Positions 1 through 12,962 of a DNA stretch of 64,000 nucleotides are shown piece after piece. The stretch comes from Novakomyces olei. Taxonomy: Eukaryota. Location of the stretch: positions 372,001 to 436,000 of the forward strand of contig JADEYG010000009.1 of assembly GCA_016906335.1 (NCBI GenBank), in the 5' to 3' direction. Below the pieces are notes generated by a model. The model was not told where the DNA came from and made no database searches. It worked only from the letters and a program-made list of their open reading frames with translations. Every line of letters starts with the position of its first letter. Within the stretch, counting starts at the first letter, position 1. Position numbers and translations under genes: made by a program.

Positions 1-93
1 GATCGTTGGTTTATGGTTTTTATTTTGGGAGCGAAGGATGGGTTCATTAATATTTCCGGTATCCGTCCGGGTTATAGATAGGTGGCGCGAAAC

Positions 94-168
94 AGCAGAT
101 ATTCAGCAAGCAGATATTCAGCAAGCAGATATTCAGCAAGCAGATATTCAGCAAGCAGATATTCAGCA
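94..168. repeat. Minisatellite, 5 perfect copies of 15-mer AGCAGATATTCAGCA
   Basis: Tandem copies read directly at 94, 109, 124, 139 and 154. Confidence 0.97.
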
Positions 169-416
169 TAGATGACATTGTATTTATACACAACTTGCTG
201 CACTATTTGTGGATGTTTTGTTTACGAAGAGCAGATTAGAATTGAGTAGTGATCGTCTAGTTGACTAAATAAATCAAAATGGATTAACAACGTTTATACA
301 CATTGGTCAAGAGAATTAGACTTGCGGGCACACGCTGCAGCATAGATTCGTGTCGCGAATCTCGAGAGCGACTGACAATAACCCTATCCTCCTTCTAATA
401 ATAATAATAATGATAG

Positions 417-475
417 TAACCCTAACTAACCCTAATAGTATATATAAAGTATATCTAACAAGCTAACCCTAGGGT
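417..475. promoter_or_regulatory. Telobox cluster (TAACCCTAACTAACCCTAA; TAACCCTAGGGT) upstream of ATG17, putative Tbf1/Teb1-type Myb sites
   Basis: Three TAACCCT units 65-125 nt upstream of the ATG at 541. The binding-factor assignment is inference. Confidence 0.55.
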
Positions 476-540
476 CGAGCTGGTATATAGCTCGATAATA
501 GTCAGCGGCCGATATCGACTGGTGTACAGTGTCTCCATGT

Positions 541-2224
541 ATGGCTTCTTTGCCAGACGAGTTGCAAGCGCCTCAGCCCCACTCGCCTCCGAGCGTTGTG
601 GCAGCGTCACAGACACTTATTGAGTGGACAATTGCAGCCAAAAGAGCACTGCAGACGGCGGAGCAGCAATGCTCACGGGCAAACACGCGAATGCTCTCGG
701 CGTGTTCCACACTGTACGTCATTCACGGCGGAGCTGATGAGGACAATGATGACGTAATGCGAGTGCCCAAAGTCGCTGTTGAAGGCGAAAATTTGCCGCT
801 TGAAAAGCAGGAGGAGCTTTTCACGCGGTCGCAGTTAGCGGACGTATCGGCCTTTGATAATAATCGCAAGATAATCGAGCACAGTCTGGCCGAAATACAC
901 GCGACGTTACGCGACGCAGATTCACGGTTACGCGCGTGCGATGACGCGTTTGAGCGTGAGATTTCTAAACTCGATTCTCACGATCTCGAGCTGAACGAGT
1001 CGCTGGGCGCTTTGAAGGCAATCTATGTCGCTCCAGAATTAGGGTTAATCTCTGCCAGTTCTGCCGGCAATAATAATAGCTATGGCGCTAATAACGGTTC
1101 TGCCAGCAGCGGCAATAATAACTATGGCGCCAAGCACAGCTCGAGGCCGTCGGCGGGTAAACGTGCTCTGTACTCGTTTGTGGACGACGAGGGAATAGAA
1201 ACGCTAAAGGCACAGATGAGACACGCTATTGACGCAGCAGAATCTCTGCACGACTCTGCCGCTGCAAATCTACACGACTGGCAGCAAAAAGCCAATGCTC
1301 AAGTCTTGGAAGCTGACGCAGTTCCTCGTGCTCCACTGCTGGAGATTCCCTTTGTCTCAGAGGCTCCAGTGGATGATAACTGTGTATTGCAAATGGACGC
1401 CCACGCTCATTCTATGGCTGATCTGCTGACACAACTGGCAAACCATTACGGACAGTGCGTATTTGCTCTCAAGGAGATGGAGCGACTGGATCCTGAGGCG
1501 CAAATAGAATTGCGAGAAGTTTTGGCCCGCGATACTGAGGAATTGGATGCTATACTGGAAGAGCTGCAAATACGCTTGGAGGAGGTGGAGGCAATGGCTC
1601 AGGCTGCTGATGAATACAGAGGCAAATACACCAGCGTAGCAAGGATGCTCGCACAGAAAACAGAGACGATTCATTACTTTGTCACCCACGAACTTTGCTC
1701 TGTACTGACACGCGTGAAGGCGTACGAGGAGGAGATTCAGGGTCTGATCCTTAATGTCCAGGACATGGAGGCAAATCTGATTGATCTAACGCAGCACTAC
1801 CGCCAATTTGCACACGCATATGACGCATTATTGAGCGAAGTCGACAGGCGCAACAGAGCCCAAGCGCAGTTGCGGCAGTATGCGGAACAGGCTAAAGCCA
1901 GTTTGGCTTCTTTTGCCCAGGGTAAGATTTGGGATTGGCCTTGTATACTATTGCCCTTTATTTACTAGTCGTAAACTATTTTTTTCGCTCTATCTCACAG
2001 TGATCCATATTCGTATTTTTCTAACGATTGCAGAGGAAATAACCCGTCGGGACGAATTTTTCCAAAAGTACGGTGATTATTTGCCATCGGACGTGTGGCC
2101 AGGCGTCGCTGATGAGGTAGCACAATTTGAAATAGTGCAATTGACGCCGTACAATGATATCCCAGAGCTAAGCACAGAAGGTTTGGCTCGTATAAGGCAA
2201 CGTGGTAGCACTCCGCAGCATTAA
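541..2224 (+). CDS. ATG17: Autophagy scaffold protein Atg17 (2 exons: 541-1921, 2034-2224)
   Basis: Helical protein with AYDALLSEVDRR and, after a GTAAGA..CTAAC..CAG intron, EEITRRDEFFQKYGDYLPSDVWPG, the typical Atg17 C-terminal motif. Confidence 0.85.
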
Positions 2225-2519
2225 CCTTGAGGCGGCCGGTTATTGCGTGTTTTGATTGGAGTTTTATTCGGGTGGTAGAGGCTTTGCATAATTTGGTAAT
2301 GATGTCCATATAATCAATGATTAAACTATGTTCACGAATGGGTACAAGACAAAAGCAAATAGAGCGATCTATGCGAATATGTTAGATATAGGAACTGGAA
2401 GAATGATCGAGAAAATAAAGTATAGGTAAGCAAAAAGAAAAGTAAATATATATATGTGAATACAAATATGAAATTTGTAATTTATTGTGTTTTGATATGT
2501 TCAAAACAATGGATGATAC

Positions 2520-4420
2520 CTATCGCCGGGAAGACTTTTTGACTTTACGTTTCTTTTCATATTTTGGCATCTTGTGCCTTCGTGCTTCGCGTTTTTCTTC
2601 CTTAACCATCTGCTTTCGTGCCCTCTTTTCTTCCCTGTCCTCGTTCTTTTTCTGGTGAGGCGGCCCCGCCTGTGCCATTTCAATATCAAAACCGTCTGAT
2701 CCCCCGTCAGTACTTGATCCTACATCAGAAAAATCAGAGTCCAGGGTAGATTCCATTCCACCGTCCAGGGGCGGAGGCAAATTGACAAGTGCCTGGTATA
2801 TTAAATCATCGCCCTCTCCGCGGTTAATCCGATTCGTGTCCCTTTCCACATCGTACACTTGATCTAAGCTTTGAGGAATAAACGCCTGTTTGAACACTGC
2901 ATCTTCCGCATCAAGATCGGCCTGTGTAAGGTTTTGCTCTTGCATTTTCTTTGTCTCCCGACTCCACACTTGGTCCAAAAGGCCCTCTAAATTTTCTTCA
3001 TTCAGCATTTCCAGAGTCGCCATTGCTGCTGTAGTTGTGGGCTCTGTTACATACTCAAATCCGCTTCTTACACTTAACGTGGGAGCTCCGTAGCGACGGA
3101 AAAAATCCGTTATATTCCCAATATCAGCACGCAAAAACTCAAGGCTGTGCGGATGGTCATGTTCCACGCTCTGACTAACATCAATAATGTACGGCCGGCC
3201 ACAATGATACAGGATATTGTACTCTGACAAATCTGCGTGTACCAGTCGGCAGCCCTGGTACATTACCCGAATAATCGTCATTAATTGACGGTACATGAGC
3301 GCTAAATTCTGTGGGCTCACAGCCGCGTCTTTAAGCCTCGGTGAGGCCCACCCGTCCGGTTCTGCCAACAGATCCATCACTAGCACGTGATCACGAAGTG
3401 CACGTGGCTGAGGACACGGAACTCGGTAGGCCGATAGCCGATTAAGGTTACGCATCTCCTTTTCTGCCCATAGCTTAACCATTTTACGGGGGTTGTGCCG
3501 GGAAAAACCACGGCGGAATCTATGCTCTCCAACTACATACTTTTCCCGGTCACGAAAGACAAGGATACTTGTCTTGAACACTTTAACTGCTAGTTGCCCT
3601 GACTCTGGGCCCTGTGCGTGATAGACATTGGCTTCTTTCCCCGTGGCAATACATCCAGATATACTGGTAAGACTGCCATTGTTTAGCAGTCTACGGAGGA
3701 TCCGTAGAGTCCTTGGGTCGAGGCATTGATCAACTGTAGCCCGGTCTGCTTTGTCTTTTACCCGGGTTTGTGCAGTTTCCACTCCGTAATTGTGCTCGTT
3801 AAAGGACTCGCTGCCTATCGCACCTCCTTTAGCGCTTTTACCGCTTTTCTTGGGGAGCGTCCGTCGCCGGGGCAACGGTGTTCTTTCGTTGGAGTCTTCG
3901 CTAGTCGCAAATTTCACTGTTTCCGTTGCATCTGGTATATTGTTAGCATGATAAAATTAATGATTTTATTCAGATTAATGAAAAGGTTCGATACGTTTAG
4001 CATCCAATCTTGCAACCTTTTAATTTCCTTTTAATTGCTCAAGACTGTATTTTATATTAAATTTCTTATTCTGTTGACTTTGATTTGGATTTGCTTGATT
4101 TCGCGTCTTTATTTTAAATTCTTTTGATCTCAGTGATTCAATGTCTTGTTTTATTCTTTTCAGTCTGTTACCATACATCCAAGGTTTACGCTATCGAGGT
4201 ATCTATCGCCCTCATCTTCACCATCGCCTTGTAAAACTTCTTGTTCACTCGCGTCTCTTTCACCGTTGTCTCTTTCACTCGCGTCATCGCTGTCGCTTTC
4301 ATTTTCATCCAACTGTAAATTTCGTAGAGTTTCGTTTATGTAACCCTCTGTATCGAGGTACTGATAGTGCCGCGCCTGACTCGCAGTACTCGACTCCATC
4401 TTGTCGCTAGGTGCTGTCAT
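2520..4420 (-). CDS. RIO1: Atypical Ser/Thr kinase Rio1, 40S maturation (2 exons; intron 4176-3932)
   Basis: DKADRATVDQCLDPRT, IATGKEANVYHA, VHADLSEYNILY, IIDVSQSVEHDHP and a basic C-tail. A GTATGG..GCTAAC..CAG intron joins the acidic 4420 exon in frame. Confidence 0.95.
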
Positions 4421-4886
4421 ATTCTCACAGTATGATCTATAGATTTATTTAAAAAAAAAAAAAAAAAAGAAACCGGGGAATAATATAATTACGCCTGTGA
4501 ATATTATTATACTGTATTTGTAGTTTATATTGGATATTCAATGCGTTTGTGTATTCTCAACATTATCTTGTCCAATGCCATATTTTTCGTGTCGATTTAA
4601 TTATGCCCAAAATTAAAAATTACGAATTCGAGGTATTGTGTGTCAATCGACTTTTTGCGCATATATATATATATATGTACGTGATTGAGGTTGTAATCTC
4701 GAACCTATATCGCAGTCCAGATATAGTAAATTCTTAATTTATAATTATTTCTAATTAAATTGGTAATTAATATATAATTAACTTTAGTTATTAAATTATT
4801 TACAATTATTTTTCATTTATATAGTGAAATTAATATAAACAAAATATTATTTTTTGCAACTGGATGCCAACTTTTTATCAAGGCTA

Positions 4887-6707
4887 ATGCTTCGCATTCG
4901 CCGGCTTTCGGCCCTATGCACGTGCACCCAATTGCGGCCGCAGGCAACAAGGCGGCGACTGTGCCAGCAAATTGCGGGCACTCCGACTCTTACACGCAAA
5001 TCCGCGGCGAATGACGCAAGCTTACAAGATAAAGCATATGAACAGATACTATCGCAGACATTAGCAGAAAACACGGACGGCGCTTGGCTTACTTACCTAA
5101 AAGCGTCACGTGCAGGCAGCCTGTTGCCCCGAAAGTTCCATTCCGCAATTTTACGCGCCATCAAACCCGCGTCTCAAACGCGGTTCGACGCGACGCGCAA
5201 CCGTCTTTCTGACCGAAGCGGATTGCGCACATTGCGCTCGCGTACAAAGTACATTATGGGCCAAATGGAGGCCTCTGATTTTCGGCCGACTATAGTAGAA
5301 TACTCACGGCTAATGGAAGTGGCACGTGTACTCGGTGAGACGGATATGGCGGATCGATTACTCCAGCAAATCAAGCTGGAAGACATGGATCTGTTCACAA
5401 TGCACTCTTACTTGATGCTCTATATTGGAAATTTAGAAAAACGGTTTGAGCCCAGCAGTGGTATGGGCAAAAGAGTAATGACCTTCCTCGAAGCTCAGCG
5501 ATCGCTGGTTTATACGAGCGATACATTTGCCCTTGCATTGCTAGCTCACGCACGTGATCTGAACGTTGAGCAAATGGATAAAGTTGTACGCGTTGTTTGG
5601 GGTATTGACGGGAGAAAGCAGGTAGAGCCCACAAAAGATTTGCACACAGGAGGCACAGATACAAACGCAAAGGTTAGCGGGTCAGGGTTAGGGTTATTGG
5701 AGACAGAGACGGGTTTGTCGCCATTGCGCCCCACTTTATCACGCACCAATCCGCCACCAGCTCAGTCAGGTGCCACACCGATTCCTTACGGGTCCCCTCT
5801 TTGGCCGACTCCGCATACTGTAGCGTCAATAGCAACGGCTTTCGGATCAAACGGCAAAATCACGATGGCCTATGCCGCTGTAAAGCAAATGTGCGAGGCG
5901 TACAAGATCCCCATGGGCCCGCTCGTGTGGGAATCCCTCTTCCACTGGTCAAAAGCGCGTGCCTACGGGACTAGCACAACTGTTGGCTGTAGCAAAGTAA
6001 ACCCTAGGGTTATGCTGGGCATGTACGCACGATTAAAACGAATGCAACCACAAATGCCTCTAAGCTCTCGGATGTGGAAGGACGTTATACACCATGAAAT
6101 TGTGCGAGGCAATTTGGAGATTGTGCACGAACTGCTGATGCAATGGGTCCGTGAATGCCTTTCACCGCGTTATGCAGCAGCTGCACGTGTGAATGACCGA
6201 TCTGCCCGGCTTCACGAGTTTAAAATGAGCACTACCATTGCAAGTATACAGAGATTTTTACAGCAGATGCTGGAAAAGGCAATGAGTCCTTCCCTCTCCC
6301 GTCGGGATAAGAGTATTGGGGAGTTTACTGGGGAAGCAGAGATCAAGGCATTATGGAAAAGAATACTTGATTTATGGCTGAGAGACGAATTGAGGCTCGG
6401 CCATCTTGATTTTGAGGGAAAATTGACTAGAGGAAGGAGAGAGCGTTTTGAACCAAACGAATTAGAAGCTAAAGAATTAAGAGGCCAGGATTCAGTTGCA
6501 AATCAGACGCTTGAAAAGGTTCAAAAGTCCACAGATGGAGAAAAGGCGGAGCCCTTACTGGATTATAACTCTTGGCGAAGGTGTCAGGATGCGTTGTGGG
6601 AACATAGTCTGGTAAGAGTAAAATATGGGCTGGAAAGGGCTTCACTCTCTTCGCTAGAGAGCCTTGATTACCCTTTGTATGATTATTCAAGAGAGAAGCG
6701 GGATTAA
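4887..6707 (+). CDS. AEP2: Mitochondrial ATPase expression protein 2 (Aep2/Atp13), PPR-like
   Basis: Arg-rich presequence, PPR-like helices, and SPLWPTPHTVASIATAFGSNG...YKIPMGPLVWESLFHWS resembling the ATP13 domain. First ATG at 4887. Confidence 0.75.
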   Translation: MLRIRRLSALCTCTQLRPQATRRRLCQQIAGTPTLTRKSAANDASLQDKAYEQILSQTLAENTDGAWLTYLKASRAGSLLPRKFHSAILRAIKPASQTRFDATRNRLSDRSGLRTLRSRTKYIMGQMEASDFRPTIVEYSRLMEVARVLGETDMADRLLQQIKLEDMDLFTMHSYLMLYIGNLEKRFEPSSGMGKRVMTFLEAQRSLVYTSDTFALALLAHARDLNVEQMDKVVRVVWGIDGRKQVEPTKDLHTGGTDTNAKVSGSGLGLLETETGLSPLRPTLSRTNPPPAQSGATPIPYGSPLWPTPHTVASIATAFGSNGKITMAYAAVKQMCEAYKIPMGPLVWESLFHWSKARAYGTSTTVGCSKVNPRVMLGMYARLKRMQPQMPLSSRMWKDVIHHEIVRGNLEIVHELLMQWVRECLSPRYAAAARVNDRSARLHEFKMSTTIASIQRFLQQMLEKAMSPSLSRRDKSIGEFTGEAEIKALWKRILDLWLRDELRLGHLDFEGKLTRGRRERFEPNELEAKELRGQDSVANQTLEKVQKSTDGEKAEPLLDYNSWRRCQDALWEHSLVRVKYGLERASLSSLESLDYPLYDYSREKRD

Positions 6708-7139
6708 ATGATCCCCATCCCCTTTATCTATGGAGAAATTCTTGAAAATGGAAAATGGAATATCAAAGAAGGTACTAGGGCAAAAAATGCATGAGCAGAG
6801 TTTGATTCTGCAAGAAGACGAATATTTTTATTGTACAAATATAGCCTTGAAAATTGATTCGGTGACACGTATGAATTCGTGCAAGTAGTTACATACATTT
6901 TGAACCCAGCCGGGATTCGAGTACGTAGCTTGACGTGTGTATTATACAAATATCAAAAGCTAATCATTCAAATAATAAAAAGCATCAATGAATAAATAAT
7001 TAATATAAGACGCGTAAACGGAAATGTAAAGGAAAGCAGACTGCAAAAGCAATGTTGCATTTTGTCTTCAAAAATTCAAAAATTTTATTATCAACGGCTA
7101 CAACGACTATTTATTCACCACTGGTATTATTATATCCTA

Positions 7140-8598
7140 TCAAAAATTCTCGCCTTGAGCGATCAAAGTCTGAATCTCTGGATCAAGTTCTTCCACGTCA
7201 TTTAAAGGATCTGGCTGCGATCCTTGTGACGCTGCAGCTTTATCACCACTCGACGAAAGACCAGGAAGCTCTATAGCATCGATAGCCGGAGGAGCAGGCT
7301 CTGCAGGCTCATATGGGGGAGTCGAGGCGTCCTCTACTTCTGCCCCAGTATTGTCTGTATTATAGAGTATTTGCTCAATCTCTGATTTTGTTTGTTTTGA
7401 TGAAGCATCTTTTTCATTAATCTCGGCAAGTTGAGCCTCCTCGGATTCAAGGGCAGATTGATTGAGCCGGAGCTGGCTTTCGAGCTCGGCAATTACCAGC
7501 TTTCGCTTATCAACTGACAATTTTACATCGGTTGCAGCGGCTGCTAAGGCTTTCACCAGATCGGTCAAACGCTCATTAAACTCAAACGGTCCGGGTAGAC
7601 CGTCTGCTTCGAAGAGCTCAGGGTATTTTTGGTTGATTGCAACTGGCACTGAGACAGTCGCCGCGGTTACAGACGATGTTAGGTCTTTTTGTAATTGAAC
7701 AAGTTTTGTCTGGTCGTCAGAATAATTTGATTGTACAGAGAGGTATAGAGACAGTAGGGAGATTTTTCAAAAAACTAGAAGATTAAAAAAATATATTGAA
7801 AATGGCAGAGACAGGCCTAAGCAAAATCTACAAAAAATACAGTACCAATAATAAAAAAAATAATTAATAATAAAAGAAAAACCACAACAATAAAACGCAG
7901 ATCGAAAAAACCTTGCTGGGCCGAGAGAAAAAAAATTTGAGAAGGCAGACGTTAATTCTCGTATTATGGGTAAACATACTAGCTGAGAAGGCACTTCTGT
8001 GTGTTGCGATTGTGGAACAAAAGTACCACCGCTCGCAGCTGCTTTAGCTATTTGTTTTTGCATATTTGCAAGAGAATCGAGAGGAAAAATGTTTCGTTGT
8101 TTCCAAACATCAACTACATGACTAATTTTCGTTTGTAATTCTTTTGGCACTTTTGCAAATGTCGCTGAAAGCGCCTCTGGTAGGACCTTGATGCATTAGC
8201 TTATTTTCCAACTTTCCGTCAATTCTATTGATTCAATTACCAAAGCAAATTCGCGTATAAACTCTTCGCGTTTGCGGGCACGCGCCTGCTGGCAAACATC
8301 GTTGGCGAGGTAAATTAAAAGTAGCTGCCGATGTGGGGTCGCTATGATAATTAAGTACAATATAAATTGACCACTCGATTTGAGATTCGTGTATACCTTC
8401 GCGCAGGGCTTGCGCCCATACATCAACGATTAATTTCGCGTTGCGCCGATAAAACCCAACCCCTATCGATCAAGTCAGCACCACAATACAAATGTCAGAA
8501 ATTAAAGCTTTACAAGAAGAGATAGTCTGAATTGCCTCAGCGGACTCGTTCAAGGCAGAAAACTTTGTGCGTATTAAATCAGGATTTAAATTCGACAT
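7140..8598 (-). CDS. RTT103: RNA Pol II CTD-interacting (CID/RPR) protein Rtt103/Rhn1, about 5 exons
   Basis: Spliced N-terminus MSNLNPDLIRTKFSALNESAEAIQTISSW, then LLLIYLANDVCQQAR and KISHVVDVWKQRNIF (CID signature), followed by a coiled coil. Confidence 0.85.
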
Positions 8599-8911
8599 TT
8601 TTCGCGTGTGTCCACTGTCCGCCAGCGCGGTCTTGGAGATTTGGACCCACGCTCGAGTGCAACCAATCCTCGTCCCTCTCTGATTTACGAGAATTGGCTA
8701 ATTGTATAGAGGGATGGGCGCTTTATAAAGAGAACTAACTATGTAATAATTATCAAGAGATTTATATAATTATATAATAATTATAAAGAGAATGAAATGA
8801 TAACGCTTAATTTTGTATAGTGTAGCTTACCAAGTCAAATAAAACCGTAATATAAAGTGGACGAGCCATAGAAAAAAAAAGACAAATTAAATCCCTAAAT
8901 CGTACGTCAAG

Positions 8912-9277
8912 ATGGCGCCGCGGTTAAGTCGGATCTTTGATTTTGCTTACCGCGCAACCACAACAGCGCTATTGGGCAGTTCAGGTACGTTGCAATCGGC
9001 TGTTTATTGCAGAGGCTAACAAAGCGGCGCAATAGTATATTTGTCCGGTCTGTGCGTGTATGTATGGTTAAATAACAGGAAACAAAAGGAAAAAGATATT
9101 GCGGACTTGAAGCGGGTACGTTTACCTTCAGTCCTCTTTTACGAATGACAGCTAATTAAAATTTAGCTTGGCATTGCTTTTAATTCCGTCACGAGAGAGC
9201 AACTCAACGAGATCCTGGCTAAAGAGGAACGTGGTGAAGCATTTGAAATTCCTAAAAAGCAGGACGCTGCCGCTTGA
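8912..9277 (+). CDS. COX14: Cytochrome c oxidase assembly factor Cox14-like (3 exons, about 87 aa; absent from ORF track)
   Basis: Two GTACGT..CTAAC/CTAAT..TAG introns give MAPRLSRIFDFAYRATTTALLGSSVYLSGLCVYVWLNNRKQKEK..., a single-TM protein aligning by eye with yeast Cox14 ([23 protein letters not shown]). Confidence 0.75.
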
Positions 9278-10114
9278 TGAAATGGGGGGTCTACGAGAAG
9301 GTCTTTACGGATCCGTAGGGACTCCTTGTGGATTTGGACGGGCTTGTTTCAAATGGGCAATCCATGTATTTTAATCATACTCATTTGATGGCACGTTTCT
9401 GACAAGAGTGGGTTGACTTTAACTTCACACAGATGCCAAACGAATCTCTACTGACCTTGGATCAATAATACTAAATTTTAAGACGTGCCTATTTACCCTT
9501 ATCGATCATGTATGTAGACTCTACGCAATAGTTACTTCAAGTCTGGAGTTTTCAGTCAAACACAGGCATTGATCAGACCATTGATCAGACCATTTTATGC
9601 AATATTATATCAGGACTAGACGTCAGGTTGAACGCGTGACGAGGGGCAAAAGCTGTACCAGATCCCTGTTTGCAGCTGCGTACTCTATTTTCGTCAAACT
9701 TTGTCTTTTAATTACTAGTGCCACGAATATTCGGATTAAAAGTCCCGTCAACACTAATTATTATTATTATATTAGTATGCACTGTTGTGTCGCGATACTT
9801 TTGATATAATTATATATATAAATTATTTAAAATAAATTTATATCAAAGTGCTGTAAAGTCTGAATAGCATTATAACCCTATAATTTAGAAACCTCTATAT
9901 ATTTATCTTTTATCAACGACCCTCGCTTCTTGTATGACACGCGATTATTTCGAATTTCCATAAACGTTTATAATATACAATAATTGTATCTGTAAAACTG
10001 GACGTTTTCCAGATCCGCACAATAATTAGCACCAAAGAGCGGTTTAAGGAAAGCTTTCGGCGCTCGCAAGCGTCATAGTTGCGGGTTTATATTGCTGTAA
10101 ACGCTTCATATATC

Positions 10115-11178
10115 ATGTCCATCAACTGGGTCACGTTTGACCAGAACGAGTCTACAGCTGGAGTGACAAGACCACAGGTTTTACCTTTGGCTGATGAGGT
10201 GCGTATTACCAGTCCTGAGGATTGACTTTTTCAGTCCCGCCATGATCGCTTGGTCTTTTTAATAGACGCTCTTGTTCTGTTTTATATTCGTATTTTGTTT
10301 GCATGTCCAAAATACTAATTTTGCAGGTGTTTCTCGCAGAATTCGGTAAAGTCGCGTTTGGGCTTGTATGCGATCCTCCAAACATGAAATCTTGGACGTC
10401 TGGCGACGGCCGACTGATCCTTTCAAACCATAGGGTATACGCCCTTATTTTCTACTACCTTCTACTAACATCAAATCTAAAAGCTCGTATTTTTGCCTTC
10501 AAAATCCGAAGATGATTTTGTGAGCTTCACGATGCCGTTAATGAACTTGCTAGACTCGAAACTGAATCAGCGTAGGCTTCTTTTTTGCAGTGATATTTTC
10601 TATTTGTTTAAAATCTGTTTTCTGTTTTGGTGTGTGCATATATCTGACATGTACGAAGCTATCTTTGGTGCAAACTCTTACACTGGACGCGTTGCTCCCG
10701 TCAAAGAAGGCGGAATTCCTGGTATTGCGGCGGTAAGTCTACATGAAGAAGAAATGGAAAACCCCCACGGAAATAGCACGTTTCAATTTGATAATGAAAG
10801 CGAAACTAATACCTGCGTTAGCTCACATTGACATTTAATGGCGGAGGTGCTTTTGAACTCGCAGATAAAATTCGAAACTTGAGGACCATGCTACACAGTG
10901 TAGATGGTGACGCAAGTCGAGTAATGACGCTTGATCCTTTACCAGAGTACAGCAGAAATCCTTCGAGTGCCCATACCGTCATTCATTCAGAGACCAATGA
11001 TAATGCGTTAAATCGAATGCCCATCAATGAACAACCAAACTCGTCGAACTTACTCGGCGAGCAGACTGTTGAGCAACACGAGCAAGGGACAGAATCTCAA
11101 GCATCACATGCTGACGTGGAACATGGCAGCGCGGAAGATCCTCCCGCGTATGAGGAGGCAACTGGGAATGGCCAATGA
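10115..11178 (+). CDS. WBP2-like / UPF0664 stress-induced protein (GRAM/PH-like domain plus PY motifs), 5 exons
   Basis: MSINWV start, GRLILSNHR, LNQPIFGANSY, LTFNGGGAFE, and LPEY/PPAY motifs. Four GT-AG introns keep the frame. Confidence 0.8.
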
Positions 11179-11630
11179 ATGATCATTTTTTCTTCATTTT
11201 ATTTACACATTTTATTTACAATTTACATTTTTCCTGTCATAAAAATATGGGTCTAGGTTTTGCTTTGATAATGAAGTTTTATCTAATATGCTTTTCGTTT
11301 GAAGTTCAGAATGTTTTGTCTTAGATCTTCCCTTATGATGGGCGTTTTAGGGGTAGTCGCTCTTTGTGTCATGGGATGATTATGTTCCACGTTTACAGAA
11401 CTAATATATTACTTGCAGACGTTTCCTTGGTTTTGTATTCCGCTACTTGGTTAACAAGGGCCTTCTCAAGCCAGGGCGCTTATATCCACCATTTTCTGTT
11501 TGTTGCCCAATTTTTTATTTACCTTTTATTTATTTATTAGTCATCAATTAATTTACATATGAATTGACTTATTAAACATTCCCATTACTGCCTTTTATCT
11601 ATTATGCCATCCTACTATCAAATGAGCCGC

Positions 11631-12962
11631 CTATCGAATTGCCAAGCATGACTTTGGCCGAATACTGCTCGCTGGCCGACTACTGGCTGTTTTGATTTTG
11701 GGGCTTTTTACTGGAAAAGATCCCATAGAGTTTTCATCTTCTCCAGCGACGTTTTCACTCTGCACTGTCAAACGCGTTTTCGGTGGGGATATCACGTCCA
11801 TAGAAGAGAATGAATTGCCTCCGCTACTGTTCAAGAGAGCCTCAACGGCTGAGAGATAAAGACGCCTTTCCTCTGTTCCCTCACTCTTCATGCTTGATGA
11901 ATTTTCGGACTGTGACGTCCCTACACCATTATTCACCACGTGCAATGCTCTGTGGTCGTAACTGGGCATACTCACTCCATGCAAGGAATGAGCTCGGCCC
12001 GTGCTAAGGCTGTGAGAGTTCCAGGACATTTTTTGCTGCTCAGTTGTACAAGAATAAATAGAGGATTGCGGTAGTTGATTATTGCCTGACTTTCCTTGTC
12101 TGCTTAACGCCTCTAACGTCACGAATTGAGGCCGAGATTGGGGAATACGACGCTGGCCGTAAAGGCCTAATTCGTACTTTGTAGTGGAATCTTGCTGTGA
12201 ACGTTTACGCAGTCCTCTGAACCAGGATTTTAGACTCTGAAGGAGTGTCTTTTTGCGCATTATTCTGTCTTCAGTGTCCGGGAATTTTAGAGATGGTTTG
12301 GAAAACGATTTTACCCAATTTACCAGCCCTATCCAAGCTCTGTTTATGGTCAGCATATCTCTCAACCAATATAATCCTCATCAGCTCGTTTGATTCTTTC
12401 ATTTTTTAATCTAATTAAGTTTGAATTAAAAATTTTATTTGATTTCTTTGTAACACTTAATTCGAGTTTGGAGGATGGAGAGTAAATGCTCTTACCTCAA
12501 GAATATATTCACTTTCTCTTGACACGATTTTTCCGATTCCAGTTCGGGTCCTGGTGCTTGAAATGGCTCTTCAATATGGACGTCAATCATTTCGTTCGGC
12601 ATTGAATAAAATTCAGATGTGCCCGTTGGCAATTCCCAAGACGCATTTCTTGAAGATTCGGTAGGAGAAAATGATGTGGGTGTAAGGATATGTGACGCAG
12701 GTAGCTGGTACGCGAATCGATTCTCAAATCTGTTTTCATTTTCGGCCTTTTGACTCCAAAACGAATCGTGTTGCTTGCACTGATTGGCTCGTTGTTCTGC
12801 CGTCTCTTTTGGCGGAGCTGTAAAGCTATGTGGTCGCCACGAGATTGCTGACGCTGAAGCTCTGGAAGGCGGACGTGCAAGGTGCTGAAACGTCTCCGAA
12901 GACAGAGGGCTTTTAGCATGACTCAGCCGAATAGTCGAAGGAGTATCTGCATACGGTTTCAT
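11631..12962 (-). CDS. Ser/Pro-rich, probably disordered hypothetical protein (2 exons; intron 12495-12340)
   Basis: Two ORFs joined in frame by a GTAAGA..GCTGAC..CAG intron (FLR|AWIG). No family recognised. Confidence 0.7.

Noticed and set aside
94..168. CRISPR-like array
   Set aside because: Tandem repeats without spacers in a eukaryotic genome, with no cas genes.
417..435. Telomerase RNA template or a true telomere
   Set aside because: Similar short TAACCCT units occur at many promoters and inside CDSs. There is no long array, and no adjacent pseudoknot that I can support.
8521..8535. Minus-strand CAATTCAGACTA resembling RNase P RNA conserved region V
   Set aside because: It is coding sequence of RTT103 exon 1 (AIQTI), and no CR-I motif lies nearby.
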